NCBI GenBank assembly: GCA_040218735.1
Contig: JAVJQW010000067.1
Location: 32,001 to 96,000, forward strand
Reading direction: 5' to 3'
From: Deltaproteobacteria bacterium
GTDB taxonomy: Bacteria > Myxococcota > Kuafuiibacteriia > Kuafuiibacteriales > Kuafuiibacteriaceae
DNA: 64,000 nucleotides
The translations under genes and the position numbers were made by a program. Positions 35,664 to 44,493 of the stretch are shown here, one piece after another. Under the pieces are notes generated by a model. That model had not been told where the DNA came from. It saw only the letters and a list, made by a program, of their open reading frames with translations, and did not search any database. Each line of letters begins with the position of its first letter. Positions within the stretch are counted from its first letter, which is position 1.

Positions 35664-36733
35664 CGGAAGACAACCTGACCGAGCTCGTCCCGCCGCTCCG
35701 CGACGTGGACCGCAAACCGATCGCCGGCCTCCCCGACGAACTGATCGAGCTGCACCTGCACGCCGGCGGCGCAGTAGCGCCCCACATCCTCTACGCGATG
35801 GCCCACGAGCAGGGCTTCAAGCTGCCCGTGAAGACGTACTTCGAGTTCGTCGACCTCGTGTCGTCGAACCCGAACAAGGTGAAGAGCCTCGACGACTATC
35901 TGAAGATCCTCCACGAGTGGACGGAGAAGATTCAGTCGAGCCCGCACGCGATCGAACGCGCCGTCTACGAGATCCTCGCGAAGGAGTACCGCGGCTCACG
36001 TGTCAGCACGATGGAGCTGCGCTTCAACCCGATGAAGCGCAACCTCGGCGGCGAGCGGGACGTCGACCACATCATCCACGCGGCGCTGCGCGGGCTGGAC
36101 CGCGCGTGCCTCGAGTACGGCATCAACGCCGGGCTGATCTTCTGCCTCGCGCGGGAGTTCTCGGCCGACCTCAACGACATCATCATCGAGAAGGCGATCA
36201 AGTACCGGCACCGCGGCGTGGTCGGGATCGACCTCGCGGGCACCGAGAAGAACAACCTGGAGCTTCAGAAGGAGAGCGTCGAGCGCTTCGCCTCCATGTT
36301 CCAGCGCGCCCGCGAAGCCGGCCTCAAGACGACCGTCCACACCGGCGAGACCCCGCACACCAACGCCGACGGCGTCATCGCCACCGTGCGCCGCCTGAAG
36401 GTGAACCGGATCGGCCACGGCATCCGCGCCGCCTACAGCGAAGAGGCGATGAAGATCCTCCGCGAGGAAGGCGTGACGCTGGAGATCTGCCCGACGTCGA
36501 ACCTGCACACCCGCGCGGTCGCCGACCTCGACGAGCTGAAGTTCGTCCTCCACACGTTCCTCGACCACGGCGTGAAGTTCACGATCAACACGGACGCGAC
36601 CTACATGCTGAACACGGATCTGAGGCGCGAGGTCGAGCTCCTCGCCACGGCGAACATCTTGAACGCCGACCAGATCGCGCAGTGCTTCGCCAACGCCCAC
36701 GCCGCCAGCTTCCTGGAGGGCGGCGGTGCCTGA
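35660..36733 (+). CDS. add: Adenosine deaminase family protein
   Basis: ELHLH, ELRFNP, VVGIDLAG, VHTGE, RIGHG, EICPTSN, INTD. Confidence 0.85.
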   Translation: MTEDNLTELVPPLRDVDRKPIAGLPDELIELHLHAGGAVAPHILYAMAHEQGFKLPVKTYFEFVDLVSSNPNKVKSLDDYLKILHEWTEKIQSSPHAIERAVYEILAKEYRGSRVSTMELRFNPMKRNLGGERDVDHIIHAALRGLDRACLEYGINAGLIFCLAREFSADLNDIIIEKAIKYRHRGVVGIDLAGTEKNNLELQKESVERFASMFQRAREAGLKTTVHTGETPHTNADGVIATVRRLKVNRIGHGIRAAYSEEAMKILREEGVTLEICPTSNLHTRAVADLDELKFVLHTFLDHGVKFTINTDATYMLNTDLRREVELLATANILNADQIAQCFANAHAASFLEGGGA

Positions 36734-36874
36734 CATCGTCAGGCATCGTCCGACCGACGTGCCCAGGCGGCGACCATCGGTCGGCTCCGTGAAGGGCCTG
36801 GAGGGCGGCGGTGCCTGACATCGTCAGGCATCCCAGGCGGCGACCATCGGTCGGCTCCGTGAAGGGCCTCGAGG
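36712..36874. repeat. Tandem duplication (85 bp + 70 bp) of the add 3' end, containing hairpins, between convergent genes
   Basis: CCTGGAGGGCGGCGGTGCCTGACATCGTCAGGCAT...GAAGGG at 36712 and 36797; the second copy lacks 15 bp; stem TGCCTGAC-atc-GTCAGGCA. Confidence 0.88.
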
Positions 36875-36880
36875 CCTGAG

Positions 36881-39800
36881 CTACTGCTTCTTCTTCAGCG
36901 GCGTGTTCCAGATCAGCGGGCGCGTGCGCGGCAGCGTCACCGTGTCGGACTCCACGGCCTCGTAGCCTTCCATCTCCAGTCGCACGCGATACGGCACGTT
37001 CGCCTGCAGGCCGTCGATCGTGACCGGGGTCTTCTTCGCGTGCCGCTCGCCGTTGATGAAGACCGTCGCCCCCGGCGGCGTCGACTGCAGGACGAGCTGC
37101 GGCTTGCCGGGGAGGATCATCGGGATCGCGAGGAACGCGACGCCGCAGAGGAGCACGACGGCGACCGCGACCAGACCGACGATCAGCGCGCGTTTCTTGG
37201 TCGAGGGCCCACCGGGCGCGGCCATCGCCGGGATGTTCTGCATCTCCAGCGGGGGCCCCAACGGCGCGGTGTCCGTGGCCGGGTTCATCGGCGTGAGGTT
37301 CTGCGGCGTGAAGTGCAACGCGGAGCCGGTCGCCTTCGGCGGTGCGTCCTCGGGGCGAACGACCTCCCGGATGCGGCGCCCCAGCATCGACGCGGAGCGG
37401 CCCGGCACGGAGACGTCCCGCGCCGCCGGCTGACTCGGTGAGCTCAGACGCGCGTCCGCGGGGTTCGACAGCACCGCGGACAGCGACAGGTTCGACGGGG
37501 GCACGTTGGTGCTCCCGATCCGCCCCGCGTTCGGGTTCGGCGCGTTGAGCGGCTTGGGCACCTCCGGCGCGATGAGCGCCGAGTACTCCTCGCCCGCGAT
37601 GCTGGGGACGTTCGCCGGCTCGTCGCTGTCATCGAGCGGGCTCGGCTGCACCGGCGGCGCGTCGTCGTCGTCGTCGATCGCAAACTCGAAGTCGAGGCCG
37701 CCCAGCTCGGGGAGGCTCGGCTCCGGCTCACCGGCCGGCGCGTGGAGCTCGGAGGGGTGCACCCCCGTCGACGTACGCTCCTCGCCGCCGTCCTGCGTCT
37801 CGTCGTGATCCGCGGCGACGCGGTTGAGGCGAATCGCGCCGAGCGCCTCCTGGCCTCGCTTGGGTTTCGGGCTCGGAGGTTTGGTCTCGGCTTCGAACGA
37901 CGGCGCCTCCGTCGGCATCTCGGGCTGCTTGGTCGGGTCGTAGCTCCCGCCGACCGGGACGTCGACGCCGGCCGACAGGTAGTCGGACGTCACGCCGGCG
38001 ACGGTGCGTCCGTCTTCGTCCCCGCGGTCGACGAACGGGACGGGCAGCTCGGGCTCCTCGTCCATCGCGCGGACCGTCTCGGAGTGCTCCTGACCCATCG
38101 CGCCGATGTCGGGCATCGCGCCGAGGTCGTCGTCGTCGTCGTCGTGCAGCGCGGCGAGCATGTCGACGGACGGCCCGCCGGCGATCGTTGCGTCGCTCGA
38201 CCACGCGGTGCTGTCCGGCCGCGACGCGGACTCGGGCAACATGCCCTCTGCGAACTCGCGGGTCTTGTCGTCGTCGTACTCGACGCGCACACCACCGTCG
38301 CCGATGTCCGAGTCGTAGCGGTTGGCGGCGATCGTCGCGTCGCCCTCGAAGTCGACGGCGGCGCGCTCCGCCATCTCGACCGTGACCTTCGACACCGCGA
38401 TCGTGGCATCGTTCGTCGAGTCGACCCGGATGGCCGCGCCGGTCGCGATCGTCCGGTCGATCACCGGCTCCGCGTCCATCAGGTCGAGGTCCACGTCGTC
38501 GTCGTCGTAGACGACGATCGGCTCGTGATCCGCGACGGGCTGCGGGTCGAGCGAGAACTCGCCGGTCGCCGCGTACGCGTCACGCGACGCCGTCTCGTCG
38601 TCCCAGATGGCGGGGTCGCCGGCGATCGTCGCGTCGCCCTCGAAGTTGTCGGACAGCTCGCCCCACGCGTCCGGGTCGTCCTCGAACACGTCGTCCATCG
38701 AGTCGACCGCGTCCGCGAGCATCTCGCCCGTGGTGGGGCCGACGCTCGCCTCCGACGCGCTCGCCGTGTCGTTCGGGTCCAGCGCGACGATCTCCGAGGA
38801 GTCGACGGCCGGGACGTCCGAGCCGAGCAGCTCCTCCACCGGCGGCGCGCCATCGGGGTAGCCGACCGTCGCCTCGTCCCACGGGTCGTCCGAGAAGAAC
38901 GCGTCGTCGTCGCCGCCGTCCTCGAGGGGACCGAGGAGCGACTCACCGACGTCCATCGCGAGCACCTCGGACGGTGTGTCGACCTTGGGCCGGTCCGGGA
39001 GCGTCCCCGGTCGTATCTCGTCCGGGTTGAGCGTCACCGACTCGGACAGCAGCGACACCTCGTCGGTGCGCGGCCGCGGCGGAGGCTCGGCGGCCTCCGG
39101 CGGGGGTTGGTGCGGCGGCGCGAACTCGGTCTTGTCGTCGTCGTAGGGTGTCTTCTTCCGCGGGACCGTCTCGTCGCGCGGGCTCCCCGGGATCGCGTCG
39201 AGGCCGTGGACCGTCGCGTCCTCGTCCCAAGGATCCTCGTCGTCGTCGTCACCTTCCGGACGCTCGATGACGCCCTCCTCCAGCATCACGCCGCGGGAGT
39301 CGTCGAGCGGCTGGACCATCGAGTTCGACGGCGCCGGGATCGGCGGCCGCGGGTCGACGCTCCCGCCCCCTCGCCCGCGGCGGAGCGGCACGAGCTCCTC
39401 GGACGGCTCGGGCGCTTCGAGCGCGGCGTCGCTCGCCTCCTCGACGTCGATGTCGTCGTCACTCGCCTCCTCGCCGTCGAAGTCCGGGAGGATGACCTCG
39501 CCGACGCCCTGGAACACGACGGTGCCGCCGCGTTCGCGCGACAGCTCCTCTTCGAAGAGGTCCGACACCCACTTGCTGATCGTGATGTTGTTGACGCGCT
39601 CGCCGCTCCCGTTGACGAAGTCTTCCAGGGCGACCTGCAGCTCCTGAGCGTTTGCGTAACGCTCGTTCGGATCCTTGGTGAGCGCGTTGTCGATGATCTC
39701 GGCGAGGGTGTCCGGGATGTCGGGGTTGAGCTTGCGGCAGTCGACGTGCGGGTCCTGCACGATCGACTTGAGCGTCTGGATCGAGTTCTCCTTCTCGAAC

Positions 39801-40495
39801 GGGCGCCGCCCGCACAGCAGCTCGTACAGGACGATGCCGGCGGCGAAGAGGTCGGACCGCGCGTCGGTCTCCTCGCCGCGGATCTGCTCCGGCGACATGT
39901 ACGCGTACTTGCCCTTGAGGACACCGGCGCGGGTGTGGGCGATCTTGGTCGCGGCCTTCGCGATCCCGAAGTCGACGAGCTTCACCGTCCCGGAGAAGGA
40001 CACGATGATGTTCTGCGGAGAGACGTCGCGGTGGACGATCTTGAGCGGTCGCCCGTCGATGTCCTTGCGCGTATGCGCGTAGTACAGACCTTCGCAGGCC
40101 TGCGCGAGGCAGCGCGCGATGTACGTCGGAGGGAGCTTCTGTCCGAGCCCGCGCGCCTTCTTCGCGACCGAGGACAGGTTGCGGCCCGGGATGTACTCCA
40201 TCGCGATGAAGTAGGTCTCGTCGGACTTCCCGAGGTCGTAGATCTGGACGATGTTGGGGTGCGAGAGCTTCGCGACGATCCGGGCTTCGTCCCGGAACAT
40301 GTTGATGAACTCTTCGTCGTAGGCGAGGTGCGCGAGGATGCGTTTGATCGCGACGACCTTCTCGAAGCCCTCCATCCCGACCATCTTGGCGAGGAACAGC
40401 TCCGCCATTCCGCCGGTCGCGATCTTACGGAGGACCTCGTATCGCCCGATGCGTTCGTGGGCACCGGATGAGTGACTGGCCAGCACCGGTTCCAA
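36881..40495 (-). CDS. Ser/Thr protein kinase with long acidic disordered linker, TM helix and PEGA domain
   Basis: IATGGMAE, VAIKRIL, HRDVSPQN, DFGIAKA, GKYAYMSPEQ; C-term QSTPPGATVFING...TP. Confidence 0.92.
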   Translation of the reverse strand: MEPVLASHSSGAHERIGRYEVLRKIATGGMAELFLAKMVGMEGFEKVVAIKRILAHLAYDEEFINMFRDEARIVAKLSHPNIVQIYDLGKSDETYFIAMEYIPGRNLSSVAKKARGLGQKLPPTYIARCLAQACEGLYYAHTRKDIDGRPLKIVHRDVSPQNIIVSFSGTVKLVDFGIAKAATKIAHTRAGVLKGKYAYMSPEQIRGEETDARSDLFAAGIVLYELLCGRRPFEKENSIQTLKSIVQDPHVDCRKLNPDIPDTLAEIIDNALTKDPNERYANAQELQVALEDFVNGSGERVNNITISKWVSDLFEEELSRERGGTVVFQGVGEVILPDFDGEEASDDDIDVEEASDAALEAPEPSEELVPLRRGRGGGSVDPRPPIPAPSNSMVQPLDDSRGVMLEEGVIERPEGDDDDEDPWDEDATVHGLDAIPGSPRDETVPRKKTPYDDDKTEFAPPHQPPPEAAEPPPRPRTDEVSLLSESVTLNPDEIRPGTLPDRPKVDTPSEVLAMDVGESLLGPLEDGGDDDAFFSDDPWDEATVGYPDGAPPVEELLGSDVPAVDSSEIVALDPNDTASASEASVGPTTGEMLADAVDSMDDVFEDDPDAWGELSDNFEGDATIAGDPAIWDDETASRDAYAATGEFSLDPQPVADHEPIVVYDDDDVDLDLMDAEPVIDRTIATGAAIRVDSTNDATIAVSKVTVEMAERAAVDFEGDATIAANRYDSDIGDGGVRVEYDDDKTREFAEGMLPESASRPDSTAWSSDATIAGGPSVDMLAALHDDDDDDLGAMPDIGAMGQEHSETVRAMDEEPELPVPFVDRGDEDGRTVAGVTSDYLSAGVDVPVGGSYDPTKQPEMPTEAPSFEAETKPPSPKPKRGQEALGAIRLNRVAADHDETQDGGEERTSTGVHPSELHAPAGEPEPSLPELGGLDFEFAIDDDDDAPPVQPSPLDDSDEPANVPSIAGEEYSALIAPEVPKPLNAPNPNAGRIGSTNVPPSNLSLSAVLSNPADARLSSPSQPAARDVSVPGRSASMLGRRIREVVRPEDAPPKATGSALHFTPQNLTPMNPATDTAPLGPPLEMQNIPAMAAPGGPSTKKRALIVGLVAVAVVLLCGVAFLAIPMILPGKPQLVLQSTPPGATVFINGERHAKKTPVTIDGLQANVPYRVRLEMEGYEAVESDTVTLPRTRPLIWNTPLKKKQ

Positions 40496-40579
40496 AGTTG
40501 CTAGGGGGCCTCGAACCCCTCGTGAAGCCTACGGTAGCCCGAAATCGGCGTCAAACACGCTCCGGGCCGCTGGGGGCGC

Positions 40580-41350
40580 TCATTTCGGGGTGAATTCTGC
40601 GGAGATCAGCGCCCAGGCGTGCACCACGGCGCCATCGCGACCGTCGTTGTACACCGCAGCGCGTCGCGGGAGCACGAAGCCGCCCAGCTCGACCCGCCCG
40701 TCCCATTCGACGCGGGCCACGATGAACGGGGCGATGTCGCGGCCCGTGGTGTCCATCCGCACCACCTGTCCTCCCTCGTGCCACACGACGATCTGGTCGT
40801 AGGCCGACGTCGCCGTCGGCGGATCGCCCCAGGTGAAGAAGGCGCGGCGCCGGCCCGCCACTGAGGGCAGACCGCGACGGTACGGAACGGACGCGGCAAC
40901 GAACGGGAGCTCGAAGAGGTGGCGGACCGAATCGAGCACCAGCCCGGTCGCGTCTCGGTCTTGGCGCGTGTCGACGCGCCCCCGCCGCGTCTGGTCCCCG
41001 TCCTGCAGCGTGTAGTCGTAGACGCCGTGGACCCCCGGCTCGAAGCGGAGGGTGAGCAGCACGTCGGACTCCTCGAGCCCGAACGCGAGGCGCGCCGGCG
41101 TGAACGGGACCGAGCCGCGCAGCTTCATCTCGATCGCCGGCTGCGACGCCCAGCGCTCGGGGGCGCCGTGAAAGGCGCCGACCTCATCGAGGAAGTGCTG
41201 CGCGTCGGCCTCGCTCCCGAGGGGCCCCACGTCGAGCGACGCGAGCAGCAAGTCGGTCCGGAACACGACGAGCGCCGCCACCCCGAGGAGCAGCACCAGG
41301 GCACACAAGAACCCGAGCGCACGCAGCACCCCGCGTCGTATCGGCGTCAC
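40580..41350 (-). CDS. Hypothetical membrane-anchored protein
   Basis: N-terminal TM helix; divergent from the TetR gene. Confidence 0.55.
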   Translation of the reverse strand: MTPIRRGVLRALGFLCALVLLLGVAALVVFRTDLLLASLDVGPLGSEADAQHFLDEVGAFHGAPERWASQPAIEMKLRGSVPFTPARLAFGLEESDVLLTLRFEPGVHGVYDYTLQDGDQTRRGRVDTRQDRDATGLVLDSVRHLFELPFVAASVPYRRGLPSVAGRRRAFFTWGDPPTATSAYDQIVVWHEGGQVVRMDTTGRDIAPFIVARVEWDGRVELGGFVLPRRAAVYNDGRDGAVVHAWALISAEFTPK

Positions 41351-41371
41351 GATCCCAGGCTAAGCGTGGTT

Positions 41372-41402
41372 GTTATTTTTATTCAATCCAGTACAAAAAT
41401 AT
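41372..41402. promoter_or_regulatory. AT-rich imperfect inverted repeat, likely TetR operator within divergent promoters
   Basis: TATTTTTATTCAATCCAGTACAAAAATA in the 56-bp gap between divergent genes, in an otherwise GC-rich window. Confidence 0.55.
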
Positions 41403-41406
41403 CGAC

Positions 41407-42003
41407 ATGGCGGAACGACGCGGACGCCCCCGGGCGTACGATCCCGAAGAAGCCCTGGACGCAGCGATGGCGGTCTTCCGCGCACGCGGTTACGGCGGGA
41501 CGACGCTGGACGCATTGAGTGAGGCGACGGGGATGCAGCGCCCGAGCCTTTACGCGGCCTTCGGCGACAAACGCGCGCTCTTCGATCGGACGATCGAGCG
41601 CTTCGCGCGACGAATGGACGAGGCGACGACGGCGGCCCTTCAGGCGCCGAAGCTGGCCGAAGCACTCGTCACCGCGTTGTTCGCCGTCGTGGATCTCTAC
41701 GCGCCGGTGAACGGTCGTGGCGAAGGCTGTCTGGTGTTCGGGGTGGCCTCGGTCGAGGCGGTCGAAGCGCCCGAGCTCGCGGCGCTCCTCGACGGCGCGA
41801 TCCGCCGCGTCGACGTGAAGTTCGAGCGCCGCCTCGCCGCCGCCGTCGAAGCCGGCGAGCTGTCCGAGGCCACGGACGTCGCTACGCTCGCACGCCTCCT
41901 GACGGCCGTCGTGCACACGCTCTCGTTGCGCGCCCGCGCCGGCACTACGCGCCGAGCGCTACGCGCCCTCGCCCGCCGAAGCGTCGCGCTCCTCGTCGAG
42001 TAG
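41407..42003 (+). CDS. TetR/AcrR family transcriptional regulator
   Basis: RGRPRAYD, F..RGY.GTT, PSLYAAFGDKRALF, GCL. Confidence 0.92.
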   Translation: MAERRGRPRAYDPEEALDAAMAVFRARGYGGTTLDALSEATGMQRPSLYAAFGDKRALFDRTIERFARRMDEATTAALQAPKLAEALVTALFAVVDLYAPVNGRGEGCLVFGVASVEAVEAPELAALLDGAIRRVDVKFERRLAAAVEAGELSEATDVATLARLLTAVVHTLSLRARAGTTRRALRALARRSVALLVE

Positions 42004-42025
42004 GTGTCGTGAGGCGGCCTTCGGC

Positions 42026-42670
42026 CTAGAACGGGAGGGACTTCACTTCTTCGAACATGCGGCCGTAGAGGCGGTCCGCGTAGTCCTCGATCCGCTTCTC
42101 CTGGATCCGGCTCATGCTCGTCGCGCTGATCTTCGCGGACCAGACGCTCTTCGTGCTCGTCTTCGGCGCCTTGGGGTGGATGGCGGAGATCGACAGCGTG
42201 CTGATCAGCGGCGCCTTCTTCGCGACCACCGCAGCGATCTGCGAAGCGTCCTTCACGACCTCGGCGCTCTTCGTGCCCTGGAAGCGGATGTAGACGACGA
42301 CGTGCTTCGGCTCCTCGTCGTTGATCAACACGTCGAGGACGCGCCCGTCGACACGCGTGCCCTTGAAGCCGGACTCGATCGCCTTCTTGGCGAGGTCCGT
42401 GGCGTTGCCGGCGAGGCTGTCGACCTTGTCGATCGCCTTGGTCAGCTTCTTCTTGTTCCACCCGATGTCGCGCGCGACCATCTTGATCTGCCGCGCCCGC
42501 GACTTCTGCTTCGCGATCTTCGGGTGCTCCAAGGCGGTCTCGAAGTACTTCGCGCCGTAGTAGTCGTCGGCGGAGATCTCGCCGATCTCCGCGGCGGACG
42601 CCGCACCGGCGAAGAGGAAGGTGAGAGCGGCGGCCGAAGCCGCGAGGAATCGAACGTTCATGGGATGCAT
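42026..42670 (-). CDS. Hypothetical secreted basic protein
   Basis: Signal peptide ending AASA-AE; start at 42670 or 42661. Confidence 0.65.
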   Translation of the reverse strand: MHPMNVRFLAASAAALTFLFAGAASAAEIGEISADDYYGAKYFETALEHPKIAKQKSRARQIKMVARDIGWNKKKLTKAIDKVDSLAGNATDLAKKAIESGFKGTRVDGRVLDVLINDEEPKHVVVYIRFQGTKSAEVVKDASQIAAVVAKKAPLISTLSISAIHPKAPKTSTKSVWSAKISATSMSRIQEKRIEDYADRLYGRMFEEVKSLPF

Positions 42671-42758
42671 GTCTCTTCGGTTGGGGGTCTGATAGCCGAG
42701 GTGCACTCCGAACCTCATCGGTCATCCGACGAGACCGGAATCGCCCCTATTCATCGCG

Positions 42759-44363
42759 TCATCGACGGTTCTTCTTGCGCGCCTTCGCGGCCTGCTTCTT
42801 CTTCTTCTTGAGCTTGCTCTTGTCGATCTTCTTCTTGGGCGGCGGCTTCGCCATCGTCGCGAAGTACTCCCGCTGGCCCTGCGCCTTCTCCGGCTTCGCG
42901 CTGTAGTCGAACGGCTCTTCTTCGGGTTCTTCCTCAGGCAGCTCGAACGCGTCTCCGAACAGCTCGGCGAGGTCGAGGCCGCGCAGCTTCCGCACCTGCG
43001 CGAGCTGATCGAAGCCCGGGATCTTCGTCAGCAGCGACGGCTGATCCCCGAGCGCGATCATCATCCGGCGCATCGTGTCGTATTTCGTGAGGACCTCGAG
43101 GATCTGCTTCTCCTCGCGGCCCGTCCCCGTACACACGCGCTTCATCCGGCTCGGGTCGCGCAGCAGCGCCGGCCGGCGCCGCTCGAGTGGCGTCATCGAG
43201 TCGTGCACCGCGATGATCTTCGTGAACTCGCGCTCGTCGGGGCGGAACCCCTCCGGCATCCCCTCCTGGAACATCGGCATCTTGTCGAAGAGGTCCTTGA
43301 GCGACCCCATCTTCTGCAGCACGCCGATCTGCTCGACGAAGTCGCCCATGTCGAACTGGCCGCGGAACATCCGCTCCGCGTCCTCCTCGGCCTTGTCGCT
43401 GTCGACGTGGCGCTCGAACTCCTGCACGAGCCCCACGACGTCGCCCATCCCGAGGATCCGCGACGCCAACCCGTCCGGGCGGAACTCCTCGAGGGCGTCG
43501 GTCGTCTCGCCCATGCCGAGGAACTTGATGGGTTTGTTCGTGATCTCCTTGATCGACAGCGCCGCGCCGCCACGCGCGTCACCGTCGAGTTTCGTCATCA
43601 CGAACCCGGTGATCCCCAGAGCGTCGTCGAAGGCCTTCGCCGTCCGCACCGCGTCCTGACCGATCATCGCGTCGACCACCAGGAGGATCTCCTGGGGCTT
43701 CGTGCGGTCCTTGATGCGCTTCAGCTCGTCCATCAGCGCTTCGTCGACCGCGAGGCGACCCGCGGTGTCGAAGATGACGACGTCCTTCTTGGTCTTGCCC
43801 GCCTTCGCGAGCGCGTCCCCGCACAGCTGCAGCGGATCCCCGCCGCGCTGCGAGAACACCGGCGCGTCGATCTGCTCGCCGAGCGTCTCCAGCTGGTCGA
43901 TCGCCGCCGGGCGCTGCACGTCCGCCGCTACGAGCATCGGCTTCTTGTCGTGCCGCTGCGCGAGGTGGCGCGCGAGCTTCGCGGAGGTCGTCGTCTTACC
44001 AGAGCCCTGCAGGCCGACCATCATGATCGCCGTGACGCCCATCGGCGCGAACGTGAGCGGCTCGGTGCCCGGCCCCATCAGGTTCTCGAGCTCTTCCTGA
44101 CAAATCGCGACGAAGCGGTGGTACGGCCCGATCTGCTCGGTCTTGCCGTCCCGCGACATCGTCGCGACGCCCTCGACCAGCTCCTCCTTCGCCCGCGCCT
44201 TCACACGTTCGAGGAAACGCTTGGCGACGTTCAGATCGACGTCGGCCTCCAGCAGTGACAGCCGGATGTCCCGCAGCGCCTCGTCGACGGAGGCGCTCGA
44301 CACGACGTCCCCGCGGAGGCGGTCCTTGGCGGCTTTGAACCCTTTCGCGACGGTTTCGAGCAT
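42759..44363 (-). CDS. ffh: Signal recognition particle protein Ffh (SRP54)
   Basis: LLEADV, GLQGSGKTT, DTAGR, TKLDGDARGG, RILGMGD, M-domain SMT..ER. Confidence 0.92.
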   Translation of the reverse strand: MLETVAKGFKAAKDRLRGDVVSSASVDEALRDIRLSLLEADVDLNVAKRFLERVKARAKEELVEGVATMSRDGKTEQIGPYHRFVAICQEELENLMGPGTEPLTFAPMGVTAIMMVGLQGSGKTTTSAKLARHLAQRHDKKPMLVAADVQRPAAIDQLETLGEQIDAPVFSQRGGDPLQLCGDALAKAGKTKKDVVIFDTAGRLAVDEALMDELKRIKDRTKPQEILLVVDAMIGQDAVRTAKAFDDALGITGFVMTKLDGDARGGAALSIKEITNKPIKFLGMGETTDALEEFRPDGLASRILGMGDVVGLVQEFERHVDSDKAEEDAERMFRGQFDMGDFVEQIGVLQKMGSLKDLFDKMPMFQEGMPEGFRPDEREFTKIIAVHDSMTPLERRRPALLRDPSRMKRVCTGTGREEKQILEVLTKYDTMRRMMIALGDQPSLLTKIPGFDQLAQVRKLRGLDLAELFGDAFELPEEEPEEEPFDYSAKPEKAQGQREYFATMAKPPPKKKIDKSKLKKKKKQAAKARKKNRR

Positions 44364-44493
44364 GGGCCGGGGTGGGGCAGGAGCTAACACGCCCGTCACG
44401 GTTCTTGAAACAAGTTTGCCGACCCCCTGGGGCCCGCCCGGGGCACTTTGTCGTTTACATCGGGGGGCGCCCCCCACTACATCCGGACCCCGC

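Noticed and set aside
40501-40552. tRNA-like T-arm on the minus strand (GGGGTTCGAGGCCCC)
   Set aside because: No acceptor stem, D-arm or anticodon arm can be folded around it. It is likely just a hairpin upstream of the kinase.
44364-44493. SRP RNA (ffs) next to ffh
   Set aside because: The conserved helix-8 motif (CAGG...GGAA...AGCAG) is not present on either strand.
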